From NCBI GenBank assembly GCA_023267435.1, contig JAHFNH010000002.1, forward strand, positions 4,219-68,218: a stretch of DNA of 64,000 bases. Direction: 5' to 3'. Both the position numbers and the translations under genes were made by a program. The stretch comes from Candidatus Nomurabacteria bacterium. Lineage in GTDB: Bacteria > Patescibacteriota > Minisyncoccia > Phycocordibacterales > UBA9973. Positions 31,038 through 39,826 of the stretch are shown here, one piece after another. The notes beneath the pieces were generated by a model, which was not told where the DNA came from, made no database searches, and worked only from the letters and a program-made list of their open reading frames with translations. Each line of letters starts with the position of its first letter. Position 1 is the stretch's first letter.

Positions 31038-31682
31038 TTATTTTGTATAAATCGTAACTTTTGCAGACATACCATTTTTAAGTTCTGGATATAGAGCGAC
31101 ATTGAAACGAACTTTCACGTCAAATTTTTTAATAGGACGTTTGTCAGAAATAGAAAATATTACTCCAGTATTGTTTGCAGTGGGGCTTACATTTTCAACA
31201 ACACCAAAGTATGTCTTACCAGTAAATGCATCTACGGTAAAACTGGCTTGTTGACCAGGTTTTATGTTTTCCAATCCTTTATTTTCATCAATTGATCCGA
31301 TTACACGCATATCTTCATTGTGTATCATTGAGACTACAGTTTCTCCAGGAGTAAAAAATTCACCTATATTATTTTTAACACTTATGACTGTGCCATTTTG
31401 TTTTGAAGTGACAATTGTGGTTCCTACTAATGCAACAGGAGTATTTGTTGATATTGTGTCCCCTTCTTTAATATAAAGTGCGTTCAGTGTGCCAGCCATA
31501 TTTGTTGAAAGGTTTATAACAGGAGCATTGATCTCTGAATTTTCAATAAATAAAGTACCGTGGTTTGTTTGCCAAAAAATAAATCCTCCTAAAACTAGAA
31601 AGATGGTAACAATACCGATAATACTTTGCGTGATTGGTTTTTTTAATATATTTTCTTTTTTTGTGTTTTGTTCTTCGTGCAT
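31038..31682 (-). CDS. HlyD/EmrA-family adaptor
   Basis: Lipoyl-like and beta-barrel segments, LKNGMSA. Confidence 0.82.
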   Translation of the reverse strand: MHEEQNTKKENILKKPITQSIIGIVTIFLVLGGFIFWQTNHGTLFIENSEINAPVINLSTNMAGTLNALYIKEGDTISTNTPVALVGTTIVTSKQNGTVISVKNNIGEFFTPGETVVSMIHNEDMRVIGSIDENKGLENIKPGQQASFTVDAFTGKTYFGVVENVSPTANNTGVIFSISDKRPIKKFDVKVRFNVALYPELKNGMSAKVTIYTK

Positions 31683-31699
31683 ATTATTTTAAATAAAAA

Positions 31700-32785
31700 T
31701 TATTTTGATAAAAGTTCAATTACCGGAATATTCGGTGTAGCAACTTGTCCAGTTGTTATTAATATATTAGTTATTGTTCCATCTACTGGAGCTACAATAA
31801 GAGTATTGTTGTAAGCACCTTGAGCTATTTGAAGCGCACCTTGAGTACTTTCGACTTGTGCCTTGGCCATTGTTAAATCTTCAGAACGAGCTCCAGCTAC
31901 TTTTTGATCCAAGACAGCTTGTGCTGCATCAATAGCTCCTTGAGCGGTTGCGATAGTTTGAGTTTGATTTTGCAAAGCTGAATTATATGCATTGTAATAA
32001 GTTAAATAATTAGCAGATTGAGTGTTTGGAATTGAAATTGTCCAAGTGGTATTTATATTGGAAACAAAATTATCCGGGAATTTAATATAAAGTCCATGAG
32101 TACCAAGAGGCACAGCTACAGCACCGACGACACCATTTCCTTTTTCAAGTCCAGAGATATTAAAATAACTTCCGTTCCCCATTGTGTATACTGAAACACT
32201 ATAAGTGCCTTCTTCAGTTCCAGTATAAGTGCCGGAAATTGTCGGTGAAGCTTGAGTTGTCGTTCCATTTATTAAAGGAATAGCGACAAGTCCGGAATTA
32301 AGCGTTGCGGAAAGTGTATTTGCAACTAAAACTTTTTGCGAAGCTACAGTATTGTTATAGGAACTTTTTGCATTATTTAAGGCAACTCTGGCTATTTCTA
32401 TGTCAGGTGTCGAAGTGCCGTTTATTAATTTATCATAAGCTGTCTGCGCTGATGTGTAAGCGCCTTTGGCTTGATTGATCGCACCTAGGGTGTTTTCAGC
32501 GTCTAGGCTCGCTAAAATTGTTCCAGCTTTAACTTTATCGCCAATTTTAACTAGTACATTTTTAATTCGTCCTCCCATTGGAAAAGCCAGAGTTAAATCC
32601 TGCACAGCTGTATTACTATTTTTAATATTAGAATCTGTTAATTCTGTTGTAATTTTTTTAGATCTTTCCGTCTTTGTTTTATTATAAATATTCGAACTTA
32701 TTATACCTATAACAAGAGCAATAATAAGTGCGACACTTATTGAGATCTTTGGGTTTGCAAGTATTTGGGTTAATTTTTGTTTCAT
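31700..32785 (-). CDS. HlyD-family efflux adaptor with helical hairpin
   Basis: VKIGDKVKAG..LA.LD, IVAPVDG. Confidence 0.8.
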   Translation of the reverse strand: MKQKLTQILANPKISISVALIIALVIGIISSNIYNKTKTERSKKITTELTDSNIKNSNTAVQDLTLAFPMGGRIKNVLVKIGDKVKAGTILASLDAENTLGAINQAKGAYTSAQTAYDKLINGTSTPDIEIARVALNNAKSSYNNTVASQKVLVANTLSATLNSGLVAIPLINGTTTQASPTISGTYTGTEEGTYSVSVYTMGNGSYFNISGLEKGNGVVGAVAVPLGTHGLYIKFPDNFVSNINTTWTISIPNTQSANYLTYYNAYNSALQNQTQTIATAQGAIDAAQAVLDQKVAGARSEDLTMAKAQVESTQGALQIAQGAYNNTLIVAPVDGTITNILITTGQVATPNIPVIELLSK

Positions 32786-32789
32786 ATTT

Positions 32790-33224
32790 TTAATCTTTAA
32801 TTAATATATTAAGTATTTTAGTAAATTGTTTTCTTTCAGCATCATTTAATTTTGAAAGCATTTTTGTAAATACAGTGAATTTCTTTTCGTGAATCGATTT
32901 AAAGAATTTCCAGGCTGTTGGAGTCAACGCTACTCGTATACTTCTTCTGTCTTTATCATTTGAAACACGAGTGATGAGTTTCTTTTTTTGCATTATCTCC
33001 ACAATAGCTGTGGCAGAAGGCGGGGTTATTTTTAAATGATTTGCGATATCTTTCATCGAAGGTTCACCTTTTTCAGCGATATATGTCAGGGTATCGATAT
33101 GCGATATGGGACACTTTAGGTCTTCAGCCTCTTTTCGCAACATATCCGAAAACTTACGGCGGAAGGCGAAAAGTGTTTTTTCTAAAGAAAGCTCATCCCC
33201 TCTTAATGTAGGTTGTTTTTTCAT
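32790..33224 (-). CDS. MarR-family regulator
   Basis: wHTH with DRR..V.LT. Confidence 0.9.
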   Translation of the reverse strand: MKKQPTLRGDELSLEKTLFAFRRKFSDMLRKEAEDLKCPISHIDTLTYIAEKGEPSMKDIANHLKITPPSATAIVEIMQKKKLITRVSNDKDRRSIRVALTPTAWKFFKSIHEKKFTVFTKMLSKLNDAERKQFTKILNILIKD

Positions 33225-33239
33225 ATTTTATATTTAATT

Positions 33240-33254
33240 AACTAATAGTTAGTT
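33240..33254. promoter_or_regulatory. Candidate MarR operator
   Basis: AACTAA-TAG-TTAGTT palindrome just upstream of the marR start. Confidence 0.5.
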
Positions 33255-33344
33255 AGGCTAACAATCTAACATAATATATTTAAAAAGGCAAATAAAAAAG
33301 CACTGAACATCGTAATGAGAGGTGTGCTTTAATACTATTAAATA

Positions 33345-33800
33345 TTACTTACTTTCTAATACTTTAAGTACCCTAAGTTTGTCTTCTTCCGTCATTCTTT
33401 CCAAAAGAAGATTGTTTTTATCTTTAGTATATTTGTTTAATACCCAAAAAATAAAATTAGGGTCATCAGATAAGCAATTATTACTTTCTATAAAATTAAT
33501 ATCTTCCATTAAGGCATTAATTAATTTTGTAATAAATTCGTCCGATCTTAATACTTCTTCTTTTACAAATTCAGGTGAAATTACACCGACACTCAACTGT
33601 AAGGATTTAACATTAAGAATTACAAGAGTTTTTGTTTTAAGGTCAGACCAATCTGGGCTTTCGGTTTGATTCAAAATATCCTCTAACTTTTTATACATAT
33701 TGCTTATCCAATAATTAAAATTTTGTTCATGTTCTTTGGAAAGAGAACTAAAGACTTCTCTTGTTTTCCATACATGTGGTGTTTCATTTTTTTCTTCCAT
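33345..33800 (-). CDS. Orphan protein (cassette pair 1, left)
   Basis: 151 aa ORF with promoter and terminator. Confidence 0.7.
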   Translation of the reverse strand: MEEKNETPHVWKTREVFSSLSKEHEQNFNYWISNMYKKLEDILNQTESPDWSDLKTKTLVILNVKSLQLSVGVISPEFVKEEVLRSDEFITKLINALMEDINFIESNNCLSDDPNFIFWVLNKYTKDKNNLLLERMTEEDKLRVLKVLESK

Positions 33801-33941
33801 AATATTAGATTTTTATATTGATTAAGAACTTTTGTTTATTTTTCCTTATACTACAAACAAATCATTGACTTGTCAATGGGTTCGTGATATTGTTTGGTTA
33901 AATAGATTTCAGAAAACTAACCGAGCCTAGCTCATTAAAAA
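33795..33941. repeat. Conserved divergent promoter core, copy 1
   Basis: TTGACTTGTCAA at 33865-33876; similar to copies at 34852, 35992, 46702, 48160. Confidence 0.8.
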
Positions 33942-33950
33942 ACAAAAAAT

Positions 33951-34274
33951 ATGAAAAATCTGTTACAGGAACTTTTATTAACTCATCAAAGTGTGAGAGG
34001 AGTTCAATTAAAAATTGTAAAACTTGCCGTTAATCGCTTAAACAGGTTATGTAAAAGAAAAATAGAATTTTCTGTACATGAAGATATAGAAGATAATTAT
34101 TATTGGATTTTTATTCCCAATAAAGTAGCTTTTGTTAAAAAAGTTAAACAACTTAATGAACAAATAAGAAAAGAATTAAAAGATGCGGATGCTAAATTTA
34201 ATCTCAGCTTTATGCCTCAAGCTACTAAAAGAAACATTCTCGATAGAAATGTAAACAAAGAAATTGTTTTTTAA
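33951..34274 (+). CDS. Orphan protein (pair 1, right)
   Basis: 107 aa ORF; hairpin terminator at 34289-34320. Confidence 0.7.
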   Translation: MKNLLQELLLTHQSVRGVQLKIVKLAVNRLNRLCKRKIEFSVHEDIEDNYYWIFIPNKVAFVKKVKQLNEQIRKELKDADAKFNLSFMPQATKRNILDRNVNKEIVF

Positions 34275-34395
34275 GAAAAATTATTTTTCAAAAAGCTCCA
34301 CAGAAATGTGGTGCTTTTTTATTTATACTTACTCTAAACTTTAAAGATATTTCAGACAAATAAAAAAGCCTCCCCTTGCGGTTCGGCTTAATTGA

Positions 34396-34788
34396 CTAAA
34401 AAATATCTGTGTAATTATAAGAAGTGTTATTAGATGAATTTATTTCACCTGTACCTCCACATTTTCTACATTCAGAAATATAATATGGATCACCTCCACC
34501 TCCACCACACCTTTTGCATTTTTTCGCTTTCTTTTTATTGTCATAAAAACCATCTTCTATGTTCAATAATTTTTTTGTATTAAGAAGTTCGTGGTCATAA
34601 GGCAAAAAAGTACAAACTCTGTTATAGAATATCAAACTATTTTGCTGTTCTTTCCATGCATTAGTTAGAGCGTCAGAAGAACCAGCTATTACTATCCTTG
34701 GCATTAAAGGAGAATGGCTTGATTGTAACATTGCCATTACACCACCAGATTTATCGGATGTGATTAGAAGAATTGTGTATATTTCCAT
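34396..34788 (-). CDS. Orphan with C-terminal DnaJ-type CxxCxGxG zinc finger (pair 2, left)
   Basis: CKRCGGGG...CRKCGGTG. Confidence 0.7.
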   Translation of the reverse strand: MEIYTILLITSDKSGGVMAMLQSSHSPLMPRIVIAGSSDALTNAWKEQQNSLIFYNRVCTFLPYDHELLNTKKLLNIEDGFYDNKKKAKKCKRCGGGGGDPYYISECRKCGGTGEINSSNNTSYNYTDIF

Positions 34789-34885
34789 TTGTATATAGTA
34801 TTTAATTGTTTAAGGACTCTGTTTATTTAACTTCACATTACCAAAAATTTGTTGACATGTCAATTAGTCTATGTTAATGTTTAGT
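34783..34885. repeat. Conserved divergent promoter core, copy 2
   Basis: TTGACATGTCAA at 34852-34863. Confidence 0.8.
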
Positions 34886-34906
34886 AAACCAAATAAAACT
34901 TGTACA

Positions 34907-35344
34907 ATGACAACAATAGAAAATTTAATCCTAGTCGGTGAAATTGAAAAACTCTTCAATGCTGACGCAAAAGCTAAAAAATATATTAAGGATGCAAAAT
35001 TCATATTAGTCTCTACAGATAATGTAAAGTACAAAATGATAATGCATTTAGCAAGCTATCCGTATGAATATCACTCCCAGGCGGTATTAAAATATATGGA
35101 AGACAACAATTTAAATGAAATCTATTCTTACGGTGGTGCTAAAATTGTATTAGGTACGATAGATGACGTATTGTGTCACGGAAAATCATACGCATTAAAA
35201 ACTGCCAATGATGAAAAGCTTACAGAAGTAGTAAAAAGTATTTGGCCAAATGCCGAATTAGAAATTATGACTTCTGGTGTAAAAGTTAAAGAGGCTATGC
35301 TTTTTCCAAAAGAACGAATTCAGTATTTTGCTGAACATCCTTAA
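34907..35344 (+). CDS. Orphan, possibly Janus/Ocnus (PHPT1-like) fold (pair 2, right)
   Basis: KFILV, EYH, GGAKI, GKSYA; start moved to ATG 34907, downstream of the promoter. Confidence 0.5.
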   Translation: MTTIENLILVGEIEKLFNADAKAKKYIKDAKFILVSTDNVKYKMIMHLASYPYEYHSQAVLKYMEDNNLNEIYSYGGAKIVLGTIDDVLCHGKSYALKTANDEKLTEVVKSIWPNAELEIMTSGVKVKEAMLFPKERIQYFAEHP

Positions 35345-35381
35345 GGTGATTTTAATTTATTAAATACGCTATTACAAAAAC

Positions 35382-35416
35382 AAAAAACTTGTCTGAATAT
35401 TCAGACAAGTTTTTTT
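35382..35416. terminator. Bidirectional terminator between pairs 2 and 3
   Basis: AAAAAACTTGTCTGAATATTCAGACAAGTTTTTT perfect palindrome. Confidence 0.85.
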
Positions 35417-35422
35417 AATTTT

Positions 35423-35929
35423 TTAATTCAAAGGTTCTTTGTTTCTAATTAGTCTCAAGATCATTCTTATTGATTTAACTTGTTCATCAGAAAGAGAAAC
35501 CTGATATGATCCTACATTACATCTCTTTTGACCATTAAAATCTCGATATACATTCCCACATTTATCTTTAGACATCAAAGGCAGAATACCAAATCCAACA
35601 AGAGTTAGACTATGGCTATCAAGTAAAATCTTTTTACTTCCGTTATCATGAAGCATTTTATGTAAAAGAAATTTTACAATGTACTCAATATTACTACTGT
35701 GGTGCTCGATATTGTCATTGCAACCATAAAAAAATAATTGATTATTATTATCTCTCTTTATATGCAGAAGCGAACCCTGACTTTTGTAAAAAGTTAAGAT
35801 TTCATCAATTCCAAAAGTATTAATAAAATTATTAAATAATTTTACAATTTGATCATTTATTTCCTGAGGTCTTTTTTTATCGATTTTTGCAAAATCAATT
35901 GGCCTACTAAAATCTAGTTGTGATTCCAT
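35423..35929 (-). CDS. Orphan protein (pair 3, left)
   Basis: 168 aa ORF. Confidence 0.7.
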   Translation of the reverse strand: MESQLDFSRPIDFAKIDKKRPQEINDQIVKLFNNFINTFGIDEILTFYKSQGSLLHIKRDNNNQLFFYGCNDNIEHHSSNIEYIVKFLLHKMLHDNGSKKILLDSHSLTLVGFGILPLMSKDKCGNVYRDFNGQKRCNVGSYQVSLSDEQVKSIRMILRLIRNKEPLN

Positions 35930-36030
35930 TTTTATATATATTAAATTGTTTACGAACTCCGTTTATTTAACCTTAAACTACCAAAAAATTCTTGACCTGT
36001 CAATGTTTTTGTGATATTGTTTGTTTAAAT
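35924..36030. repeat. Conserved divergent promoter core, copy 3
   Basis: TTGACCTGTCAA at 35992-36003. Confidence 0.8.
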
Positions 36031-36107
36031 TTGTTGAGACAAAATCTCGTTAAACAAAACCTATATATCCCCCAACAATATTGTTTAATCCTTAAAAACT
36101 AAATATC

Positions 36108-36644
36108 ATGAAAAAACTATCAATGCTTTTATATCAAACTCAGGGCATTATCAAATTTTGTGAAGAAATAAATGCTGAATTAGTGAGATTGAAATTAACA
36201 AGAAAAACAACAGGTGGTTATCTGACCATCGTTGAACGCGATACAGGAGCTATTGTGTTAACAATCCTTATTGGAACACTCCAATTTGAAAGGACGGCAA
36301 AACATCGCAGATTATCCATTGAACAAGCAAAGAGGGTGTTTGATGAAAAACTTTCTTCCTCATTCCAAAACAGAAATATCGAACAAGGGAAATCGGCAGG
36401 AGCTGTTTCAGGAGAGAAATTTATCTATTCATTTTCCGGTCACTGTGAAGAAATAAATGAAGTTGTTTCCATACTTTCGTGTATTGAAAACGAACAATAT
36501 TTAAATCCTGAGTTTCAGGCAAATTTACGGCAAGGTGAAGATCCCAAGCCAATGGATGTAATCCTGAAAAAAATGGACCTTGAATCAAAATTTATGATGG
36601 TTTCTGGTATTCGCAGTTTTATCAGCAAAATATTTGTTTGGTAA
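36108..36644 (+). CDS. Orphan, weak GlcG/HbpS-like resemblance (pair 3, right)
   Basis: GAV...SFSG..E pattern; terminator at 36664-36695. Confidence 0.55.
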   Translation: MKKLSMLLYQTQGIIKFCEEINAELVRLKLTRKTTGGYLTIVERDTGAIVLTILIGTLQFERTAKHRRLSIEQAKRVFDEKLSSSFQNRNIEQGKSAGAVSGEKFIYSFSGHCEEINEVVSILSCIENEQYLNPEFQANLRQGEDPKPMDVILKKMDLESKFMMVSGIRSFISKIFVW

Positions 36645-36693
36645 GTTCTTTGGTAAAAATTAGAAAGCCACTGGTGAAAATCAGTGGCTTTTT

Positions 36694-37959
36694 TTATTTA
36701 ATTACTGCATTCGTTCCTGCCACAAAACCCGTCGTCCAGCATATTTGCAGACTATATCCTCCAGATGGACGGTCTATGTTTAATAAATCTCCAATTATAT
36801 AAAGATTTGGATATAATCTGGAACGCATAGTTTTGAAATCAATTTCATTTAACGCTACACCTCCGCTAGAAACTATTGCTTTATCTAAACCCAAAAGTTT
36901 ATCGATATTTATTGGAATTCCTTTTAATAAAGAAATTAATTTTATGCGTTCTTCACGAGTCACACTATTGCATTGAATTTCTGGATCAATGCCGGATAAT
37001 TCCACTACAACTGGTACGACAGATGATAAAATCAAACCAGCTAAACAATTTTTAAATTTCTTTTTATCATTTTCTTTAAATATTTCTAAAAGCTTTAGAT
37101 TAAGTTTTTCTTGATCGAAATTTGGTAAAAGATCTAATTTTATTACCACATCGCCATAGCCTAACAATCCACCTATATCTTTGCTCATATTTAAAATAGT
37201 GGGTCCACTGACGCCGACATGGGTAAATAGAATTTTACCTGTTTTTGAAATAGGACGTTTTTTGATAAATTGTTTTACATCATCCAAGTAAACAGTGAGT
37301 TTTACATTATCAAGACTGACTCCAGCTAATTTTTTAATCCATTTATCTTTCGTAGCGAGTGGCACAAGCGAAGGTATCGGTTCGATGATTGTATGCCCGA
37401 TATTTTTTAGCCATTTGAATGCGTCCCCTGTCGAACCTGTTTCTGGATGAGATTTACCTCCAGTAGCGACGATAATAGAACGAGCATAAATTATTTTATC
37501 TACAATTTTTACACCAATGATATTTTTATTTTCTATAACAAAATCAACAACTGGAGAATTTGATAATATTGTTACTTTTTCTTTTTTAATATATTCCACC
37601 ATAACATTCCAAACGGATTGAGATTTATTACTAACAGGGAAAACTCTTTGTCCTGGTTCTATTTTTGTTTCCATATTTCTGTTATGGAAAAAATCCAATG
37701 TTTCCTTTACGCTATATTGTGAAAAAGCTGAAAATAAGAATTTTCCGTCGTCTTTGAATTTTTCCAGAAGTTTCCTGTTGTCGAATTCTGCATTGGTGAC
37801 ATTACATCTGCCTCCGCCTGTAATAAGGAGTTTCTTGCCTAGAGAGTCATTTTTCTCAATTAAAATAACTTTTGCGCCGAGTTCAGCTGCTCGTCCTGCC
37901 GCCATCATTCCAGACGGTCCGCCTCCTATTATAACCACATCCCAAACATTTTCTTTCAT
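36694..37959 (-). CDS. HI0933/BaiN-family flavoprotein
   Basis: GGGPSG, GGGRCNVTN, TGG.S.P.TGS.G, GGYSLQ. Confidence 0.93.
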   Translation of the reverse strand: MKENVWDVVIIGGGPSGMMAAGRAAELGAKVILIEKNDSLGKKLLITGGGRCNVTNAEFDNRKLLEKFKDDGKFLFSAFSQYSVKETLDFFHNRNMETKIEPGQRVFPVSNKSQSVWNVMVEYIKKEKVTILSNSPVVDFVIENKNIIGVKIVDKIIYARSIIVATGGKSHPETGSTGDAFKWLKNIGHTIIEPIPSLVPLATKDKWIKKLAGVSLDNVKLTVYLDDVKQFIKKRPISKTGKILFTHVGVSGPTILNMSKDIGGLLGYGDVVIKLDLLPNFDQEKLNLKLLEIFKENDKKKFKNCLAGLILSSVVPVVVELSGIDPEIQCNSVTREERIKLISLLKGIPINIDKLLGLDKAIVSSGGVALNEIDFKTMRSRLYPNLYIIGDLLNIDRPSGGYSLQICWTTGFVAGTNAVIK

Positions 37960-38078
37960 TTTTATATGTTAGCACAAAAAATTTAAAGAAAATAAATAGA
38001 TTGACATATCGTATGTTTTATGATATCATCTCTATCAGAAATAGAATTGTTGTTTAACATAATATAAAAACCAAAAAA

Positions 38079-38513
38079 ATGAAAACTTTAATTATTTTAG
38101 ATAATTTAATAGGATTACAAAATTCCTTAATTATCGCTTGTGTTTGTATTGCAGTTGGCTTCGTTGTCTTTATTTATTTATTTTTGCTTTTTAAAGCAGC
38201 GTCATCAGCTCCATTGAAACCACTTATAACCAAACCGCGCAAAACGGTTGGACTTCCGGAATTACCGGATGGAACAAATCTGATCATTTTAGACAATAAA
38301 GAAGATTTGCCGATCGCACAAGATATTAAAGATTACAATATTGGTTTGAAAAAAAATGTTCTTGAAAATACTTTCTATCTTGCTAATTTTGGCAAAGAGA
38401 AATTGGAAGTAAATCAGGTTTATATCGTCAAACTGATAGGTAGTGGCAAGATCCATACTTTATGCAAAGTTGAAATTATGTTCAGCCCGGAGTACAACAC
38501 ACATCTAAATTAA
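38079..38513 (+). CDS. Orphan single-TM protein in a stand-alone cassette
   Basis: TTGACA(38001)-17-TATCAT; terminator at 38519-38552. Confidence 0.7.
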   Translation: MKTLIILDNLIGLQNSLIIACVCIAVGFVVFIYLFLLFKAASSAPLKPLITKPRKTVGLPELPDGTNLIILDNKEDLPIAQDIKDYNIGLKKNVLENTFYLANFGKEKLEVNQVYIVKLIGSGKIHTLCKVEIMFSPEYNTHLN

Positions 38514-38581
38514 GTTTTAAAGAACCAATCGTTAATAATGATTGGTTCTTTTATTTTTATATATAATGCTATAATAAAAAA

Positions 38582-39142
38582 ATGAAAAAACTTGCCAGTA
38601 AAATGTCTTTTTTAAAAACAATGGTGTGTGATTTCAAAGTAGCTGCTGTCGCCAGCAGTTCGTCTTATGTTGTTAATCGCGTTATTAGTAAAATTGACGA
38701 TGGTTTGAATTTGATTATTGAACAAGGTTCTGGAGATGGAGTTATGACTAAAGCTTTGCTTACAAAGCTTTCCCCTGATGGAGCTTTAATCCTAATAGAA
38801 ACTAATCCAGAATTTGTAAAACAATTAAAAAAAATTGAAGACAAAAGAATCACAATATTTTTTGGTACTGTCCAAGATTTTTATAAAAAAATAGATGCAA
38901 ATCATTCTAAAGCAGATCTTGTCATATCCAGCATCCCCTTTTCTTTTCTAAAAACATCAGAAAGAGATGAAGTAATTAAAAAAAGTTTCGAAGTGCTTTC
39001 TGATTCTGGAAGTATGGTTATTTTTCATCAATACAGTCTCCTAATGCACAAATATGTTAAAAAATATTTCAAACATGTTTCAATCTTTTTTGAACCTAGA
39101 AATGTGATGCCGTGTTTTATAATTTTCGGTAAGAAAAAATAA
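38582..39142 (+). CDS. SAM methyltransferase (phospholipid N-methyltransferase-like)
   Basis: IEQGSGDG, IETN..F, VISSIP, HQYS. Confidence 0.8.
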   Translation: MKKLASKMSFLKTMVCDFKVAAVASSSSYVVNRVISKIDDGLNLIIEQGSGDGVMTKALLTKLSPDGALILIETNPEFVKQLKKIEDKRITIFFGTVQDFYKKIDANHSKADLVISSIPFSFLKTSERDEVIKKSFEVLSDSGSMVIFHQYSLLMHKYVKKYFKHVSIFFEPRNVMPCFIIFGKKK

Positions 39143-39179
39143 AAAAAGACTTATTTAAACAATAAGTCTTTTTTTATTT

Positions 39180-39743
39180 TTATATTTTTCCGATTAAATC
39201 AACACCTGGCGTTAAAACATCTTTGCCTGGCTCCCAGTTTGCTGGGCAGACATTTCCTTTATGTTCTCTTACGAATTTAGCCGCTTCTAATTTTCTAACC
39301 ATTTCCTTTGCACTTCGGCCAATGTTATTGTCATGAATTTCTATTGTCTTTAAAACTCCATCTGGATCAATAATAAAAGTCCCTCTTAAGGCCAATCCTT
39401 CAGTTTCAATATAAGTCCCAAATGCTCTAGAAATATTACCTGTCGGATCAGCCAGCATTGGATATTGTATTTTACCTATAGCAGGAGAAGTATCATGCCA
39501 AGCTTTATGCGCGAAAGCTGTATCAGTACTAATACTCATAATCTCTCCTCCTAATTTTTTTATTTCTTCGTAATGTACGGTTGCATCTTCTAATTCTGTC
39601 GGACAAACGAAAGTAAAATCTGCAGGATAAAAAATTAGTACTACCCATTTGCTTTTATAATCAGAAAGCTTGATTTTCTTTATCTCATTATTTTGATACG
39701 CATCCAGCTCAAAATCTGGAACAATTGAATTTATATTTATCAT
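39180..39743 (-). CDS. ahpC: Peroxiredoxin AhpC
   Basis: FYPADFTFVCPTE, VCPANW. Confidence 0.96.
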   Translation of the reverse strand: MININSIVPDFELDAYQNNEIKKIKLSDYKSKWVVLIFYPADFTFVCPTELEDATVHYEEIKKLGGEIMSISTDTAFAHKAWHDTSPAIGKIQYPMLADPTGNISRAFGTYIETEGLALRGTFIIDPDGVLKTIEIHDNNIGRSAKEMVRKLEAAKFVREHKGNVCPANWEPGKDVLTPGVDLIGKI

Positions 39744-39749
39744 AGTATT

Positions 39750-39808
39750 ATTATACTCCCAATTTCTTAGATTGTAATCAATCTGTAGAAATTGCAGTCC
39801 TTTAGGGC
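39750..39808 (-). repeat. Structured CCCTAAAGG...GGGAGTATAAT element, copy A
   Basis: Homologous to 57966-58054 and 61301-61360. Confidence 0.85.
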
Positions 39809-39826
39809 TAATAAAAAGTATTAAAT

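Noticed and set aside
33322-33669. 115 aa plus-strand ORF
   Set aside because: Shadow of the 33345-33800 gene, which has the promoter and terminator support.
33865-33876. FNR/CRP box
   Set aside because: FNR is TTGAT-N4-ATCAA; here the arms are TTGAC with a 2 bp spacer.
33795-36030. Classical integron (attC) or CRISPR interpretation of the periodic repeats
   Set aside because: No RYYYAAC/GTTRRRY attC ends, cassettes are divergent with their own promoters, no intI, and the spacing is gene-sized.
39787-39796. AATTTCTAC in the three-copy element resembles the Cas12a crRNA handle
   Set aside because: No GTAGA pairing partner, no repeat-spacer array and no cas genes; the bases pair with AGAAATT instead.
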